This document shows, one piece after another, positions 39,701 to 49,545 of a stretch of DNA of 64,000 nucleotides. A model generated the notes under the pieces. That model did no database searches. It was not told the origin of the DNA and saw only the letters and a program-made list of their open reading frames with translations. Within the stretch, counting starts at the first letter, position 1. The number at the start of each line of letters is the position of its first letter. A program made the translations under genes and the position numbers. Origin of the DNA: a virus (taxonomy: Duplodnaviria > Caudoviricetes); the IMG/VR virus record IMGVR_UViG_3300028833_000112, positions 30,212 through 94,211 of that record. The stretch is one strand, 5' to 3'.

Positions 39701-40078
39701 TGAGGAAGTTTTTGATTTACTTGACGCTGTTAATCGTAGTTGCCGCCTCCTGCTATCAGATTTTTGGTCTGCTTTCTGTTGCAGATAAAAGTTTTTTCGC
39801 CGCTTACGTCGCCGGTGCAATAATGGCTTATACTTGGCAAGCCGCCGCTCGGTTAATTGCCAAACTCCGCGCGAAGGAGGAAGTCAGATGACTAAGGAAG
39901 AGATATATCAAAGAATGCTTGATTGCCGGCTGATTGCGGATGAAGTCTATGCCGCGACTACCTTGTTGCCAAATGCAAAGGAACGTTTTGAAGTCAGCTG
40001 GGGCGCGGAAAAAGTTCTTGATAAGATTGATTTTTTCTTGAACTGTTTGCGCAATATGGGTGTTGAGGTGGATGCCGA

Positions 40079-40278
40079 ATGAAATTCATAAGCCGGCGGA
40101 CGGCAGTTATATCAACGCCGAGAAAATTTTGAAATTCTTCGTTCAGCAGATGTGCGACGAAAAATTTTGCGTCTACGCTGAGCTGGGCATTGAGGATTCG
40201 GCAGCTCTCCATATCACGGAGACAGAAGCCGAAGCGTAAGAGTGGCTGGATAATTTGATTAAACGGTGGGCGAGATGA
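40079..40278 (+). pseudogene. Frameshifted small gene with an internal stop
   Basis: ATG 40079 (MKF..) continues one base out of frame as KPADGSYINAEKILKFFV...EAEA*EWLDNLIKRWAR; TAA at 40237. Confidence 0.5.
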
Positions 40279-40777
40279 GGATAGCGAAGTCCAAGAAAAA
40301 TAATTCCGTGTGGACGATAAATAATTTTGGTACGATAACGAACGGCGCGAACATTGAAATTCGTATGGAGCCGAATCGTGAGCCAATACCGCAAAACGTC
40401 ATGTTCGATATATTTGTGTATGAGATTGACGAAAACGAGCGCATTACTCGAAAACTGTTGAAAGACTTTGTGACGTTTGACCATGGACGCAATTTGCTTC
40501 GAGAAGCATTTGAACGCAACACCAAAGGTGAGCAAGATGAATCTGGACAAATACGACGCGATAACGCGGCGGGAGATTGAAGTCTTCCTCGAACGCAAGG
40601 ACGCGGAGTCGGATAAGCTCAAGGGACAAATCGCAAAGGACTTGCGGCGGCTCGGCGGCGAAGACGGTTTCATGGTCGCGGGCAATTATCGCAAGCTGGA
40701 GGAGAAATATCGCCGGTGGCACGTCAGCCGAAAGAAGCTGGCGATACTCGATAAGATGAAAAAGGAGTGGTGCCGCG

Positions 40778-41572
40778 ATGTTGGTTGAACATACTCTCTT
40801 TGGCGTGGAAGATAAAATTACCAGAGCGATTGAACTGCTCCGTGAACACGAGCCGCCCGAAGGATATTATCTGTGCTTTAGTGGCGGGAAAGACTCGGTG
40901 GTGATTTACGATTTGGCAGTCAAAGCCGGGGTAAAGTTCGACGCGCACCACAATATCACCACGGTGGAGCCGCCCGAACTCATGAAGTTCATCCGCGACA
41001 ATTATCCCAACGTCATTAACGAACACCCGCCTCTTACCATGTATCAGCTGATTCTCAAAAAAGGTATGCTCCCGACGCGCATAATCCGTTATTGTTGCGC
41101 TGAACTAAAGGAGCGCGGTGGGAAAGACCGCGTGAAGATAACGGGCATTCGTTCTGAAGAATCACCACGGCGGGCTAAGAGACCGCAGATTGAAGAAAAC
41201 AGGCGCGGCGGGGGGTTTGTCCATGTCATTAAAAATTGGACTGTAGAAGATGTTTGGCAATACATTCGAGAGAATAATCTTCCCTACTGCCGGCTTTACG
41301 ACGAAGGCTTTCACAGAATCGGTTGCGTGCTTTGTCCCTTTGAACATTGGAAGCAAGTGCAACGTGACATGGAGCGTTTTCCCGCTATCGTCGAGTATTA
41401 CCGCAGTGCTTGCCGTGCTCTGCTCGCCGGCAAAGGCAACCGCAAAAATCTTCGCCATAAATCTGCCGAGGACATGTTCGATTGGTGGATTAAGGGCAGG
41501 GAACGCCGTTCCATTGCCGAGGATTGTAATTCCATTCCGCTTTTCTCGGAGGATGACGGCTGGGTTTTATAA
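40778..41572 (+). CDS. PAPS reductase family protein
   Basis: CFSGGKDS, CCAELKE, TGIRSEES-x-x-R, LYDEGFHRIGCVLCP. Confidence 0.9.
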   Translation: MLVEHTLFGVEDKITRAIELLREHEPPEGYYLCFSGGKDSVVIYDLAVKAGVKFDAHHNITTVEPPELMKFIRDNYPNVINEHPPLTMYQLILKKGMLPTRIIRYCCAELKERGGKDRVKITGIRSEESPRRAKRPQIEENRRGGGFVHVIKNWTVEDVWQYIRENNLPYCRLYDEGFHRIGCVLCPFEHWKQVQRDMERFPAIVEYYRSACRALLAGKGNRKNLRHKSAEDMFDWWIKGRERRSIAEDCNSIPLFSEDDGWVL

Positions 41573-41592
41573 AAGTAAGGAGAGAAAAAATC

Positions 41593-41868
41593 ATGACTAA
41601 AAGTGAACTGATTGCGAAGGTCAGCGGCTTGACTGCTTTGAACGAGTCGCAGGCGACGAGCGCAACGAACGCGGTGTTCGGCACGATTACCAAGGAACTG
41701 CTCAAGGGGAACAAGGTGCAAATCCTCGGCTTCGGGACGTTCAGCGTGAAAATCCGCAAGGCGCGCAAGGGACGTAACCCGCGCACGGGCGAGGAAATTG
41801 AAATTCCCGCGAGCGTCAACGTCCACTTCAAGCAAAGCAAAAATATCAAGGCGGCGATGAACGAATGA
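41593..41868 (+). CDS. hup: HU family DNA-binding protein
   Basis: MTKSELI...GFGTFSV...RKGRNPRTGEEIEIPA. Confidence 0.95.
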   Translation: MTKSELIAKVSGLTALNESQATSATNAVFGTITKELLKGNKVQILGFGTFSVKIRKARKGRNPRTGEEIEIPASVNVHFKQSKNIKAAMNE

Positions 41869-42375
41869 TTATTGACGGTGTGGAGGTCGTGGCAGAAGGG
41901 TTTGACCCTTCGCCCGATGAAATGAAAAATTATGTGGAGTACACTCGCGAGCGCGTGCCCGGTGTCGATAAAATCACGGTCAAGATGTGCGACGACGGTT
42001 GCGTTGATGTAAAGTACACGAAGCACGGAGAAAAGTTTGAACGAATCAGACGTATAACAGGTTAGAGGATAGCCGTCCGCCGTCGAGCCGAATGAAGACG
42101 ATGGATAATCAGCGCGGTAAAAAACTGGGAAGTCTCACGGAGATAATCAGAGGTGAAGGCGCAAGCCAGCCGCAGAGCATAGGCGGTGAAATAATCCGCC
42201 CAAGAGACCGCGCCACGCACGGCGATTAGCGTGAAAAGATATGCCGAACTGCAGGGCGACTTGCAGAGGGCGGGATAAAAAGCCCGTCGATAACAAAATG
42301 TATCTGGTCGGGACAACGGACAGATGGAACGACGCAAAAAAATCTGAGGAGCGCGACCGCGTTAAACACATGTGA
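41865..42375 (+). CDS. Stand-alone NrdD-like glycyl-radical domain protein; spliced join(41865..42062,42301..42375), 90 aa
   Basis: Exon 1 ends FERIRRITG; exon 2 reads YLVGTTDRWNDAKKSEERDRVKHM*, matching the NrdD C-terminal signature. Confidence 0.88.
42063..42300 (+). ncRNA. Group I self-splicing intron, 238 nt, no homing endonuclease ORF
   Basis: Exon ends in U and intron ends in G; P1 GGU^UA/UAGCC with U-G at the splice site; GGAUA can pair with exon 2 UAUCU (P10); P7-like GCAGAGCAUA / AAGAUAUGCC. Confidence 0.88.
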
Positions 42376-42858
42376 GGGATTTGAAATGTTCGAACAAATG
42401 ATTGATACTCTTGGCTCGCATTTGATGACGGCGTTTAATGCTTTCGTGATTGTGGCGTTGTTTTTTCTCGTTTGCGGAGCGTTGTTTCTAATCGGTAGTG
42501 TGTTGGTTCGATTGGTTTGTTGCGTGAACGAACGCCTTGCCAAAAAGGTTTACGACATCGAAGACCACAACGACGTTTGGAAATGAGAGGATTGAAATGG
42601 AATATTTTCAAGCGCAGGACGGGAAGAAATATTGTTTTAAAAAGTTTTACGGTTTCGGCATGAATTTTGAAACGCTGGCTGTCTTCGGATGTGTATATGA
42701 AGATGATGAAATTTTACTTGGCGAATACGAATCAGAGACAGAATTGCTCAGCGTGGGGGAAGCGCAACGTGAAGCCGAGGAGCAAGGCAAATCGGTTTTC
42801 ATCTTCCCGCCGAAAGGGTTTTCAAAGAGCAGGTGACGTGAACAGAAAGTGTGATGAT

Positions 42859-43278
42859 ATGACTGAGAAAGAATTGAATCGCGTGCGAAACTTGAAAAAG
42901 AAAATCGAACGCGAAGCAGAACGCGTGGCGGGGACTCGGCGGGCGATAACAGATTTGGTTCCGTTCCTCGACGGCATGCCGCACGCACAGAATCAAAGTT
43001 CGCGCGTGGAGAAATTGACGGCGCAAATCGTCGACGGAGAGAGACGACTCGACGAGCTCAAGGACGAAATGGCAGCGGAGGCGGCGGCATTGACGGCTGA
43101 AATAAGTCGCGCGCCGTTGAATCGGCAGGAACACGACGTGATTATGCTCCGCTATGTCACGTGCTTGAACTTTCGCGATATAGAGTTCCGGCTCAATTAC
43201 TCGGACGCGAATGTTTTTTATCACCACCGAAACGGCACGAAAAAATTGTTCGGCAAAATTCCTTTTGATTCGGATTGA
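42859..43278 (+). CDS. RinA/ArpU-like late transcription activator
   Basis: LDGMPHA...VIMLRYV...IEFRLNYS...YHHRNG; last gene before the packaging module. Confidence 0.75.
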   Translation: MTEKELNRVRNLKKKIEREAERVAGTRRAITDLVPFLDGMPHAQNQSSRVEKLTAQIVDGERRLDELKDEMAAEAAALTAEISRAPLNRQEHDVIMLRYVTCLNFRDIEFRLNYSDANVFYHHRNGTKKLFGKIPFDSD

Positions 43279-43392
43279 AAAATTTTAAAGTAGCTTAACA
43301 GTTGCATTACAGTCGTATCATCTGATATTGTTACGCTGAAAAATTTTGTAAGACTCCCGCCCGCGTGGCGGATATTTTTTTTGGAGGGAAAG

Positions 43393-43854
43393 ATGAATCA
43401 GTGGGAACGACAGCCGCACGAGAGTTATCCCGCGTTCACTGCGTTTAAGGTATTCTTGACCGTGAGGAGTTACCCCGATGTCTCCAAGCAGCTGTCGAAG
43501 TCGCTGTCGTTGATAAAGCGTTGGGCGAAGCAATACGCGTGGAAGGCGCGGGCGGACGCATGGGACAATGAAATTAGTCGCAAGGCAATGGAAAAGGCGT
43601 CGGAAGATTTTACGACGATGGTCGAGCGGCAATTGAATATCGGGCGGCTCATGCAGGCGAAGAGTGCCAACGCGCTCAAAGAAATGGACTTAACAAATCT
43701 GCCGCCGAAATTTATTCCGGCGTTGGTGTCCATGCTCAAGGCGGGCGTCGATATCGAGCGGTCGGCACGCGAATTGCAAATCGAAAAGCCGCAGGAGGAT
43801 TTGTTCGTTAATACGCTCACTCGCATGTGGCGGGAGCGCGACGGCGATGACTGA
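43393..43854 (+). CDS. HTH protein, possibly terminase-associated
   Basis: WERQPHES..AFTAFKVFL...IKRWAKQYAWKARADAWD. Confidence 0.6.
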   Translation: MNQWERQPHESYPAFTAFKVFLTVRSYPDVSKQLSKSLSLIKRWAKQYAWKARADAWDNEISRKAMEKASEDFTTMVERQLNIGRLMQAKSANALKEMDLTNLPPKFIPALVSMLKAGVDIERSARELQIEKPQEDLFVNTLTRMWRERDGDD

Positions 43855-44314
43855 ACAGCAAAAGCGATTTGTGGATTTTTATATCCAGACGGCGAACGCG
43901 ACGGAGGCAGCGAAGCGCGCGGGTTACTCGCCGAGGACGGCTTACTCCAGCGGGCAACGATTGCTCAAGCGTGAAAATATTCGGCGGGCGATAGATGAGA
44001 GGATGGACAGCTTGGAGAACGAACGAATAATTCAGACGGAAGAAATATTGGTGCACTTGTCGGACGTGATACGCGGGCAGGTGACGGAGACGATTGTCAC
44101 GCCGGGTGGCAAAACATTTTTAGTGCCTGTGCGCGAGGCAGACAGACTTCGTGCCGCCGAAACCATTTTGAAAATCCGCGGGTTGTTCCGTGATAAGGTC
44201 GACGTAAAAGTCGGCGGGGCTGAATTGTTCGTGCGAACATTGGAGCAAGCGTGGACGGAGGAAACGGGAGGTGATGGTCGTGCTCGTGCGAGCGATGAAA
44301 CGCTATCGCAATGA
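43847..44314 (+). CDS. terS: Terminase small subunit
   Basis: MTEQQKRFVDFYIQTANATEAAKRAGYSPRTAYSSGQRLLK. Confidence 0.92.
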   Translation: MTEQQKRFVDFYIQTANATEAAKRAGYSPRTAYSSGQRLLKRENIRRAIDERMDSLENERIIQTEEILVHLSDVIRGQVTETIVTPGGKTFLVPVREADRLRAAETILKIRGLFRDKVDVKVGGAELFVRTLEQAWTEETGGDGRARASDETLSQ

Positions 44315-45679
44315 CCCTGCGGCGTTCGTCAGAGAGATACTTCACGCCGAGCCGCAAGCGTGGCAGGCAGAAGCCTTGAGCGCATTGGCAGGACACAAGC
44401 GATTGGCAGTTCGCAGCGGGCACGGCTAGACGTCGGCAAAACGTGCTTGGAGGCGTGGGCAATACTCCACTTTCTGTTCACGCGTCCTTATTGCAAAATC
44501 CCGTGCACAGCTCCGACGCAACAGCAGCTGTATAAAATTCTGTGGTCGGAAATTTCAAAGTGGTTACAGCGTTCGGAATTGCTTTCGGATTTATTTGAGT
44601 GGACGAAAACGGAAATTCGATTCAAGGGCGCGCGCGAACGATGGCTGGCAATGGCGAAGACCGCGGCGAAACCCGAAAATTTGCAGGGCTTTCACGATGA
44701 CCACTTGCTGTTCGTTTTGGACGAGGCGAGCGGTATCGACGACGGGATATTTGAGGCGGTCGAAGGTGCATTGACGACGCCCGACGCGCGATTGCTCATC
44801 ATGGGCAACCCGACGAAGAGCACGGGTTTTTTTAAGCGCGCGTTCTTCGAGGACAGAGATTTTTATTACACAATGAAAGTTTCGTCGGCGGATTCGGAGC
44901 GTGTGTCCAGTGAATATTGTCAGCGGCTGATTCGGACTTACGGCATGGAGTCAAACGTCGTTCGCGTTCGAGTGCTCGGCGAATTCCCCGAAATGGATTC
45001 GGACAGCTTAATCGCGCTGGAGTGGGTGGAAGCCGCCATGAATCGCGAGCCGCCCTGCGACGAAAACGGCAAGCCGATTTACTCAGGCGAATTGGTTCTC
45101 GGCGTCGACGTTGCGAGGTTCGGCGACGATGAAACTGTTCTCGCGGCACGAATCGGTGACACAGCTTTGCCGCTGAAAAAGTGGCGCAAGACTGACTTAA
45201 TGACGACCACGGGCAGGATTGTCGGCGAACTCGAACGGCTGATGAAAAAATATGAGCACGGGCGCGCGAAAATCAACGTGGACGACACGGGCGTGGGCGG
45301 TGGAGTCACTGACCGCCTGCGTGAAGTGATTCGCGAAAAGAAATGGTACGTGACAGTTACCGGCTGTAACAACGGTGGCGCGGCTCGTGACAAACATTAT
45401 TTGAACTGGGGTTCGGAGAGTTACTTTGCGCTTCGTGACCGTTTGCAGGCGGGCGAAATAATTCTTCCCCGTGATGATGAGATGGCGGCTCAGCTGTCGA
45501 CGCGAAAATATTTCGTGAACAGCGCGGACAAATTGGTGCTCGAACGCAAGGACGAATTCAAAAAAAGATTGGGCAGGTCGCCTGACCGAGCAGACGCGTT
45601 GGTTTTGGCGTTCGCGCCGACGGTGGCTGTGACTGCCCCGCCGCAAATCCCGCTGGTACAAAGTTATTGGTTCCGATAA
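44274..45679 (+). pseudogene. terL: Terminase large subunit interrupted by a 5-nt insertion in Walker A
   Basis: Frame from 44274 reads ...WQAEAL...LAVRSGHG then TAG; deleting TAGAC (44427-44431) restores RSGHGVGKT. Downstream motifs: FVLDEA, MGNP, GVDVARFGDD, SPDRADA. Confidence 0.85.
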
Positions 45680-46924
45680 TTGGAGGACGACGTGACGACA
45701 GAAAAATTAGAACTGATTGAGCTTGCGAAGCTCAAGCCGTATGCAGGCAACGCAAGGACACACAGTGAAAGTCAACTTCTTCAGCTTCAGAAGTCTCTTA
45801 GAGAGTTTGGATTCGTTAATCCCGTGCTGGTCGACAGCGGGCTGAACATAATCGCGGGGCACGGGCGAGTACTCGCGGCACAGGCGGAGGGATTTGACCG
45901 CGTGCCGTGTGTGTTCGTGGAACATTTGACCGAAGCGCAAAAACGGGCGTATATCCTCGCGGACAATCGCTTGGCGGAAATGGCGGGCTGGGACGAGGAA
46001 AAATTAAAAATCGAATTGGACGCTCTCCGCGAAATGAATTTCGATATCGGGCTTACCGGCTTCGACGATTACGAATTCAAAAATTTGGACGTGGCGGAAG
46101 ATAATTTTGACGTGGACGCCGCCTTGGAGAAACCCGCTGTCGCCAAACTCGGCGACATTTTTTATTTGGGCAGGCACAAAATAATTTGCGGCGACGCAAC
46201 CAAGCCTGAAACGTTTGAACGGTTGCTCGGTGGGCTGAAAGTGAACCTTTTGTTGACCGACCCGCCGTATTTCGTCGACGAGGAAAATAATTCGGGCAAA
46301 ATTTTAAATGACGATTTGAGTGCCAAAGAGGGCTACGAATTTTTGCGTGCGGCGTTCGAGAACTGCAAGGGCGCGATGGCGAACGACGCGGCGGCGTATA
46401 TTTTTTACGCGTCGAGCAAAACGCGGATATTTTTTGACGCGTTCGAGGACGCGGGTTTTTACGTCATGGCGGGTTTGGTCTGGCTGAAAAATTGTTCCGT
46501 GCTCTGCCGCGGTGATTTCAATTTCAAGCACGAGCCAATAATTTACGGGAAGAAAAAACGCGGGACGCACAAGTGGTACGGCGACCACACGCAAACGACC
46601 GTCCTCGAATTCCCGCGAATAATGGACTCGGTGGCGGAAGGCTTCGGTCACCCGTCATCAAAACCGTTGCCGCTGGTCAGCTACCTGCTCTCGCTGTCGA
46701 GCAAGCGGGGCGACAAAATTTTGGACTGCTTTTTGGGTTCGGCGTCGACGCTTATCGCCGCTGAGCAGACGGGGCGCACGTGCCTTGGGGTGGAGTTGGA
46801 GCCGCGGTTCGTGGACGTTGCCGTCGAGCGTTTCAAAACCGTTTCGGACGAAAAAATTTTCGTCGAGCGGGACGGTCAACGGTTCGCCTTGGGCGCGTCA
46901 AGTATACAGGATTCGTCGCGGTGA
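45680..46924 (+). CDS. ParB-like nuclease domain + DNA methyltransferase
   Basis: LKPYAGNARTH...IIAGHGR...ADNRLAE; TDPPY; HPSSKP; ILDCFLGSAST. Confidence 0.9.
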   Translation: MEDDVTTEKLELIELAKLKPYAGNARTHSESQLLQLQKSLREFGFVNPVLVDSGLNIIAGHGRVLAAQAEGFDRVPCVFVEHLTEAQKRAYILADNRLAEMAGWDEEKLKIELDALREMNFDIGLTGFDDYEFKNLDVAEDNFDVDAALEKPAVAKLGDIFYLGRHKIICGDATKPETFERLLGGLKVNLLLTDPPYFVDEENNSGKILNDDLSAKEGYEFLRAAFENCKGAMANDAAAYIFYASSKTRIFFDAFEDAGFYVMAGLVWLKNCSVLCRGDFNFKHEPIIYGKKKRGTHKWYGDHTQTTVLEFPRIMDSVAEGFGHPSSKPLPLVSYLLSLSSKRGDKILDCFLGSASTLIAAEQTGRTCLGVELEPRFVDVAVERFKTVSDEKIFVERDGQRFALGASSIQDSSR

Positions 46925-47003
46925 CCGCTTGACTTCCCCGGCGTTTAGAGCGAACATGCGCACACCGAAAGGGAAAACAAAAAAATGAAAAGAGGAAACC
47001 AAA

Positions 47004-47210
47004 ATGACGAGAACCGAAATTGAAAACGAAATGACAGCGATAGCGCAGGAGCGCGGCGAAATTTTCGACGAGCTGGACGCGATAGCCGCCGAGGACGACC
47101 CGCTTTGCGGCACCCCGCAGCACCACATCGACGCGCTGGAAGCCCGCGCCGCCGAACTCCTCACCGAATACTACGCGCTCTGGGCGCAACTGGACGCAGC
47201 CACCGCCTGA
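47004..47210 (+). CDS. Small acidic helical protein (cassette 1)
   Basis: GAGG RBS; own promoter and terminator. Confidence 0.75.
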   Translation: MTRTEIENEMTAIAQERGEIFDELDAIAAEDDPLCGTPQHHIDALEARAAELLTEYYALWAQLDAATA

Positions 47211-47408
47211 GCCAAAAATTTCTCCAAGGAAGAGCCCGCCAAGGACGGCGGGTTTTTTCGTTGCCTCGCCGAAAACGCGGGCGGCAATTTTGTTTTACCC
47301 GAAAAAATTTTTTTACTTTTTTTGAGAAAACCGCTTGACTTTTGGCGGAAGGAGAGGTAATATATAATCACCGAAAGGGAAAAACAAAATAAAAAGGAGA
47401 AACCAAAA

Positions 47409-47591
47409 ATGAAAAACGAAAACAAAAAAGGAACCCAGAAAGCCGCAAGGAACACCTACAAATGGTTGATTGAAGCCACCGAGTGGTATTACACAAGGAA
47501 AACCGACGCAGGCCGCCGCACCGCGATTTACGAAATCGAGTGGCACCTGCAAACCTTGAACCGCCTCCGCAACGCCCTCGCCGCGAAGTAA
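47409..47591 (+). CDS. Small basic helical protein (cassette 2)
   Basis: AAGGAG RBS; own promoter and terminator. Confidence 0.75.
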   Translation: MKNENKKGTQKAARNTYKWLIEATEWYYTRKTDAGRRTAIYEIEWHLQTLNRLRNALAAK

Positions 47592-47878
47592 ACCGAAAAC
47601 CCCCGACACCGACAACCCGCCAAGGACGGCGGGTTTTTTCGTGCGAAAAAATTTCCCTCGACGGGTCGAAACCGCTTGACTTCCGCGGCGGGTAGAGGTA
47701 ACCTATGGTCAACCCGAAAGGGGAAACCAAGGGGGTAGTCCGAGCCGAAACTTGGGCGCGCCCAGCCGGGTCACGAAAATTACGGCATATTTTTTTTTGC
47801 ACCGGGTTGACTTTGCCTGCGGTTAGAGGTAATATCCACTCACCGAAAGGGAAAAACAAAATAAAGGAGAAACCGAAA

Positions 47879-48085
47879 ATGAAAACCGAAAACAAAAACC
47901 GCAAAGCGACCTTGGAACAGCAAAAAGCCGCAACGCAAAACGAGCTCGGTCACCTGAACCTGATTATCAGCGACTCGCTCGAAATTGGCGGCGAAGATGA
48001 ATTTTACGCAGGATTGTGCCGCGAAGCCGCCGGGTTGAAACGCCGAATTCGGATAATCGACGCGGAGCTTGCCGCAATCGCCTGA
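47879..48085 (+). CDS. Small helical protein (cassette 3)
   Basis: AAGGAG RBS; own promoter and terminator. Confidence 0.75.
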   Translation: MKTENKNRKATLEQQKAATQNELGHLNLIISDSLEIGGEDEFYAGLCREAAGLKRRIRIIDAELAAIA

Positions 48086-48256
48086 GCCAAAAATAAAATC
48101 GAAACCAACAAAACCCTGCCACGGACGGCGGGGTTTTTTCGTGCACGGGAGCCGTCAAGTATACACGACGGTCGGGGCAAAAACGCTTGCTATGTGTTTT
48201 CGGTAGAGGTAACATGCGGTCACCGAAAGGGAAAAACAAATAAAGGAGAAACCAAA

Positions 48257-48529
48257 ATGAACACCACCGAAAACAAATCCGAAGCCCTGAAAGCCCGAAT
48301 CCTCGAATTGCACGCCGCGGAGCGCGCGCTCGACGAAGAATACGAGCGGCTGGGTTATTACGAGAAGTGCCCCGAATTTGACGGGAACCCCGAAGGTCGG
48401 CTGAGGGCGCAGAACAGCCTCGAAACCCAAATGTCGCGGGTGCACCTGCAGGCGTGGAAACTCGCAAAAGAATTGCGGCAAATTGACCACGACGCTTGGG
48501 CGAGCCTCCCGAAAGAAATTCGCGGCTAA
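48257..48529 (+). CDS. Small helical protein (cassette 4)
   Basis: AAGGAG RBS; own promoter and terminator. Confidence 0.75.
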   Translation: MNTTENKSEALKARILELHAAERALDEEYERLGYYEKCPEFDGNPEGRLRAQNSLETQMSRVHLQAWKLAKELRQIDHDAWASLPKEIRG

Positions 48530-48681
48530 AATAAAATCCGGCTCCACAGCCCGCCAAGGACGGCGGGTTTTCTCGTTCACGCGACCCGTGAAGTATACAC
48601 GACACGCCCGCCCAAATGACTTGCTATGTGTTTTGGTTAGAGGTAACATGCGCCTACCAAAAACACAGGGGGTTCGGGAAA

Positions 48682-49545
48682 ATGAAAAATCAAACAATCG
48701 GGGCGGAGCTGGAGTTCACGGGGCTCACGCGGAGAGCAGCGGCGCGGGTTATTGCCGAAATTTTCGACACGACGGTTTACTCGGTCGGGATGAACGGCTG
48801 GGCAGCAGAGGACGACGCCGGGCGCGAGTGGAAAGTCGTTTACGACAGCTCGATTCGGCGGGAAGACGGCGAACAGTGCGAATTGGTTACCCCGATTCTC
48901 GGCTGGGCGGATATCGAAACCCTGCAGATGATTGTGCGCGAATTGCGGCACGACGGCGCGAAGGTCAATAATTCTTGCGGGCTCCACGTCCACATCGGCG
49001 CGGCGGGCATGACGGCGCAAGCGGTTCGGAACTTGGTGAACAATTTCGCCAGCCACGAAGCCCTGCTCATCAAAGCCCTGGACGTCCACGAAAATCGCCG
49101 CAGGTATTGCAAATCCCTTGACGAAAATTTCATTCGCGAGCTGAACGAACGCAAACCCGCAACCCTTGACGGTGTCGGCGAAATTTGGTATCGGAGACCC
49201 GCGGGCACCTTCCCGACGTATCATTACCACGAAAGCCGTTACCAAACGTTGAACTTGCACGCAACCTTCACGAAGGGCACGGTGGAGTTTAGATTTTTCA
49301 ACGGCACCATGCACGCGGGCGAGGTCAAGACGGCGATTCAACTGGCGTGCGCGCTGGTCGCCAACGCGAAGGCGGCGAAGAGGACGCTTTACCGCCCGAT
49401 TGAAACCGACAATGACCGATTCGCGATGAGGACTTGGTTGACTCGACCGCAGGGATTGAATTTGAACGGCGAAGAATTTTCGACGCTCAGATACCATTTG
49501 ACGAAACGGCTTGAAGGCAACGCGGCTTGGCGGCACGCGGTGTAA
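48682..49545 (+). CDS. Amidoligase_2 family (COOH-NH2 ligase)
   Basis: IGAELEF, WKVVYDSSI, CELVTPIL, SCGLHVHI, RYQTLN, TVEFRFF. Confidence 0.9.
   Translation: MKNQTIGAELEFTGLTRRAAARVIAEIFDTTVYSVGMNGWAAEDDAGREWKVVYDSSIRREDGEQCELVTPILGWADIETLQMIVRELRHDGAKVNNSCGLHVHIGAAGMTAQAVRNLVNNFASHEALLIKALDVHENRRRYCKSLDENFIRELNERKPATLDGVGEIWYRRPAGTFPTYHYHESRYQTLNLHATFTKGTVEFRFFNGTMHAGEVKTAIQLACALVANAKAAKRTLYRPIETDNDRFAMRTWLTRPQGLNLNGEEFSTLRYHLTKRLEGNAAWRHAV

Larger units (their letters stand above)
46897..48681 (+). repeat. Array of repeated promoter/leader/terminator cassettes
   Basis: Six TTG(AC/CT)(T/A)...AGAG(G/C)-(T/G)AA(T/C)(A/C)T promoter-like units; five CCGAAAGGG leaders; four CCC(T)GCCA(A/C)GGACGGCGGG-T-tract terminators. 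Confidence 0.9.

Noticed and set aside
41865-42065. Complete 66-aa protein or truncated nrdD pseudogene
   Set aside because: The missing C-terminus resumes at 42301 after a group I intron
44360-44431. ORF-track N-terminus of TerL (MAGRSLERIG...) or a programmed -1 frameshift
   Set aside because: The true N-terminus is in the 44274 frame; there is no slippery heptamer, and a frameshift would leave extra residues inside Walker A
46945-46960. LexA (Cheo) box at CGAACATG, also at about 24936
   Set aside because: Only the CGAAC half is present; no GTTCG at the correct spacing
46897-48681. Cassette array as a CRISPR array or classical integron
   Set aside because: Units are several hundred bp with promoters and terminators; no attC-like sites or integron integrase seen
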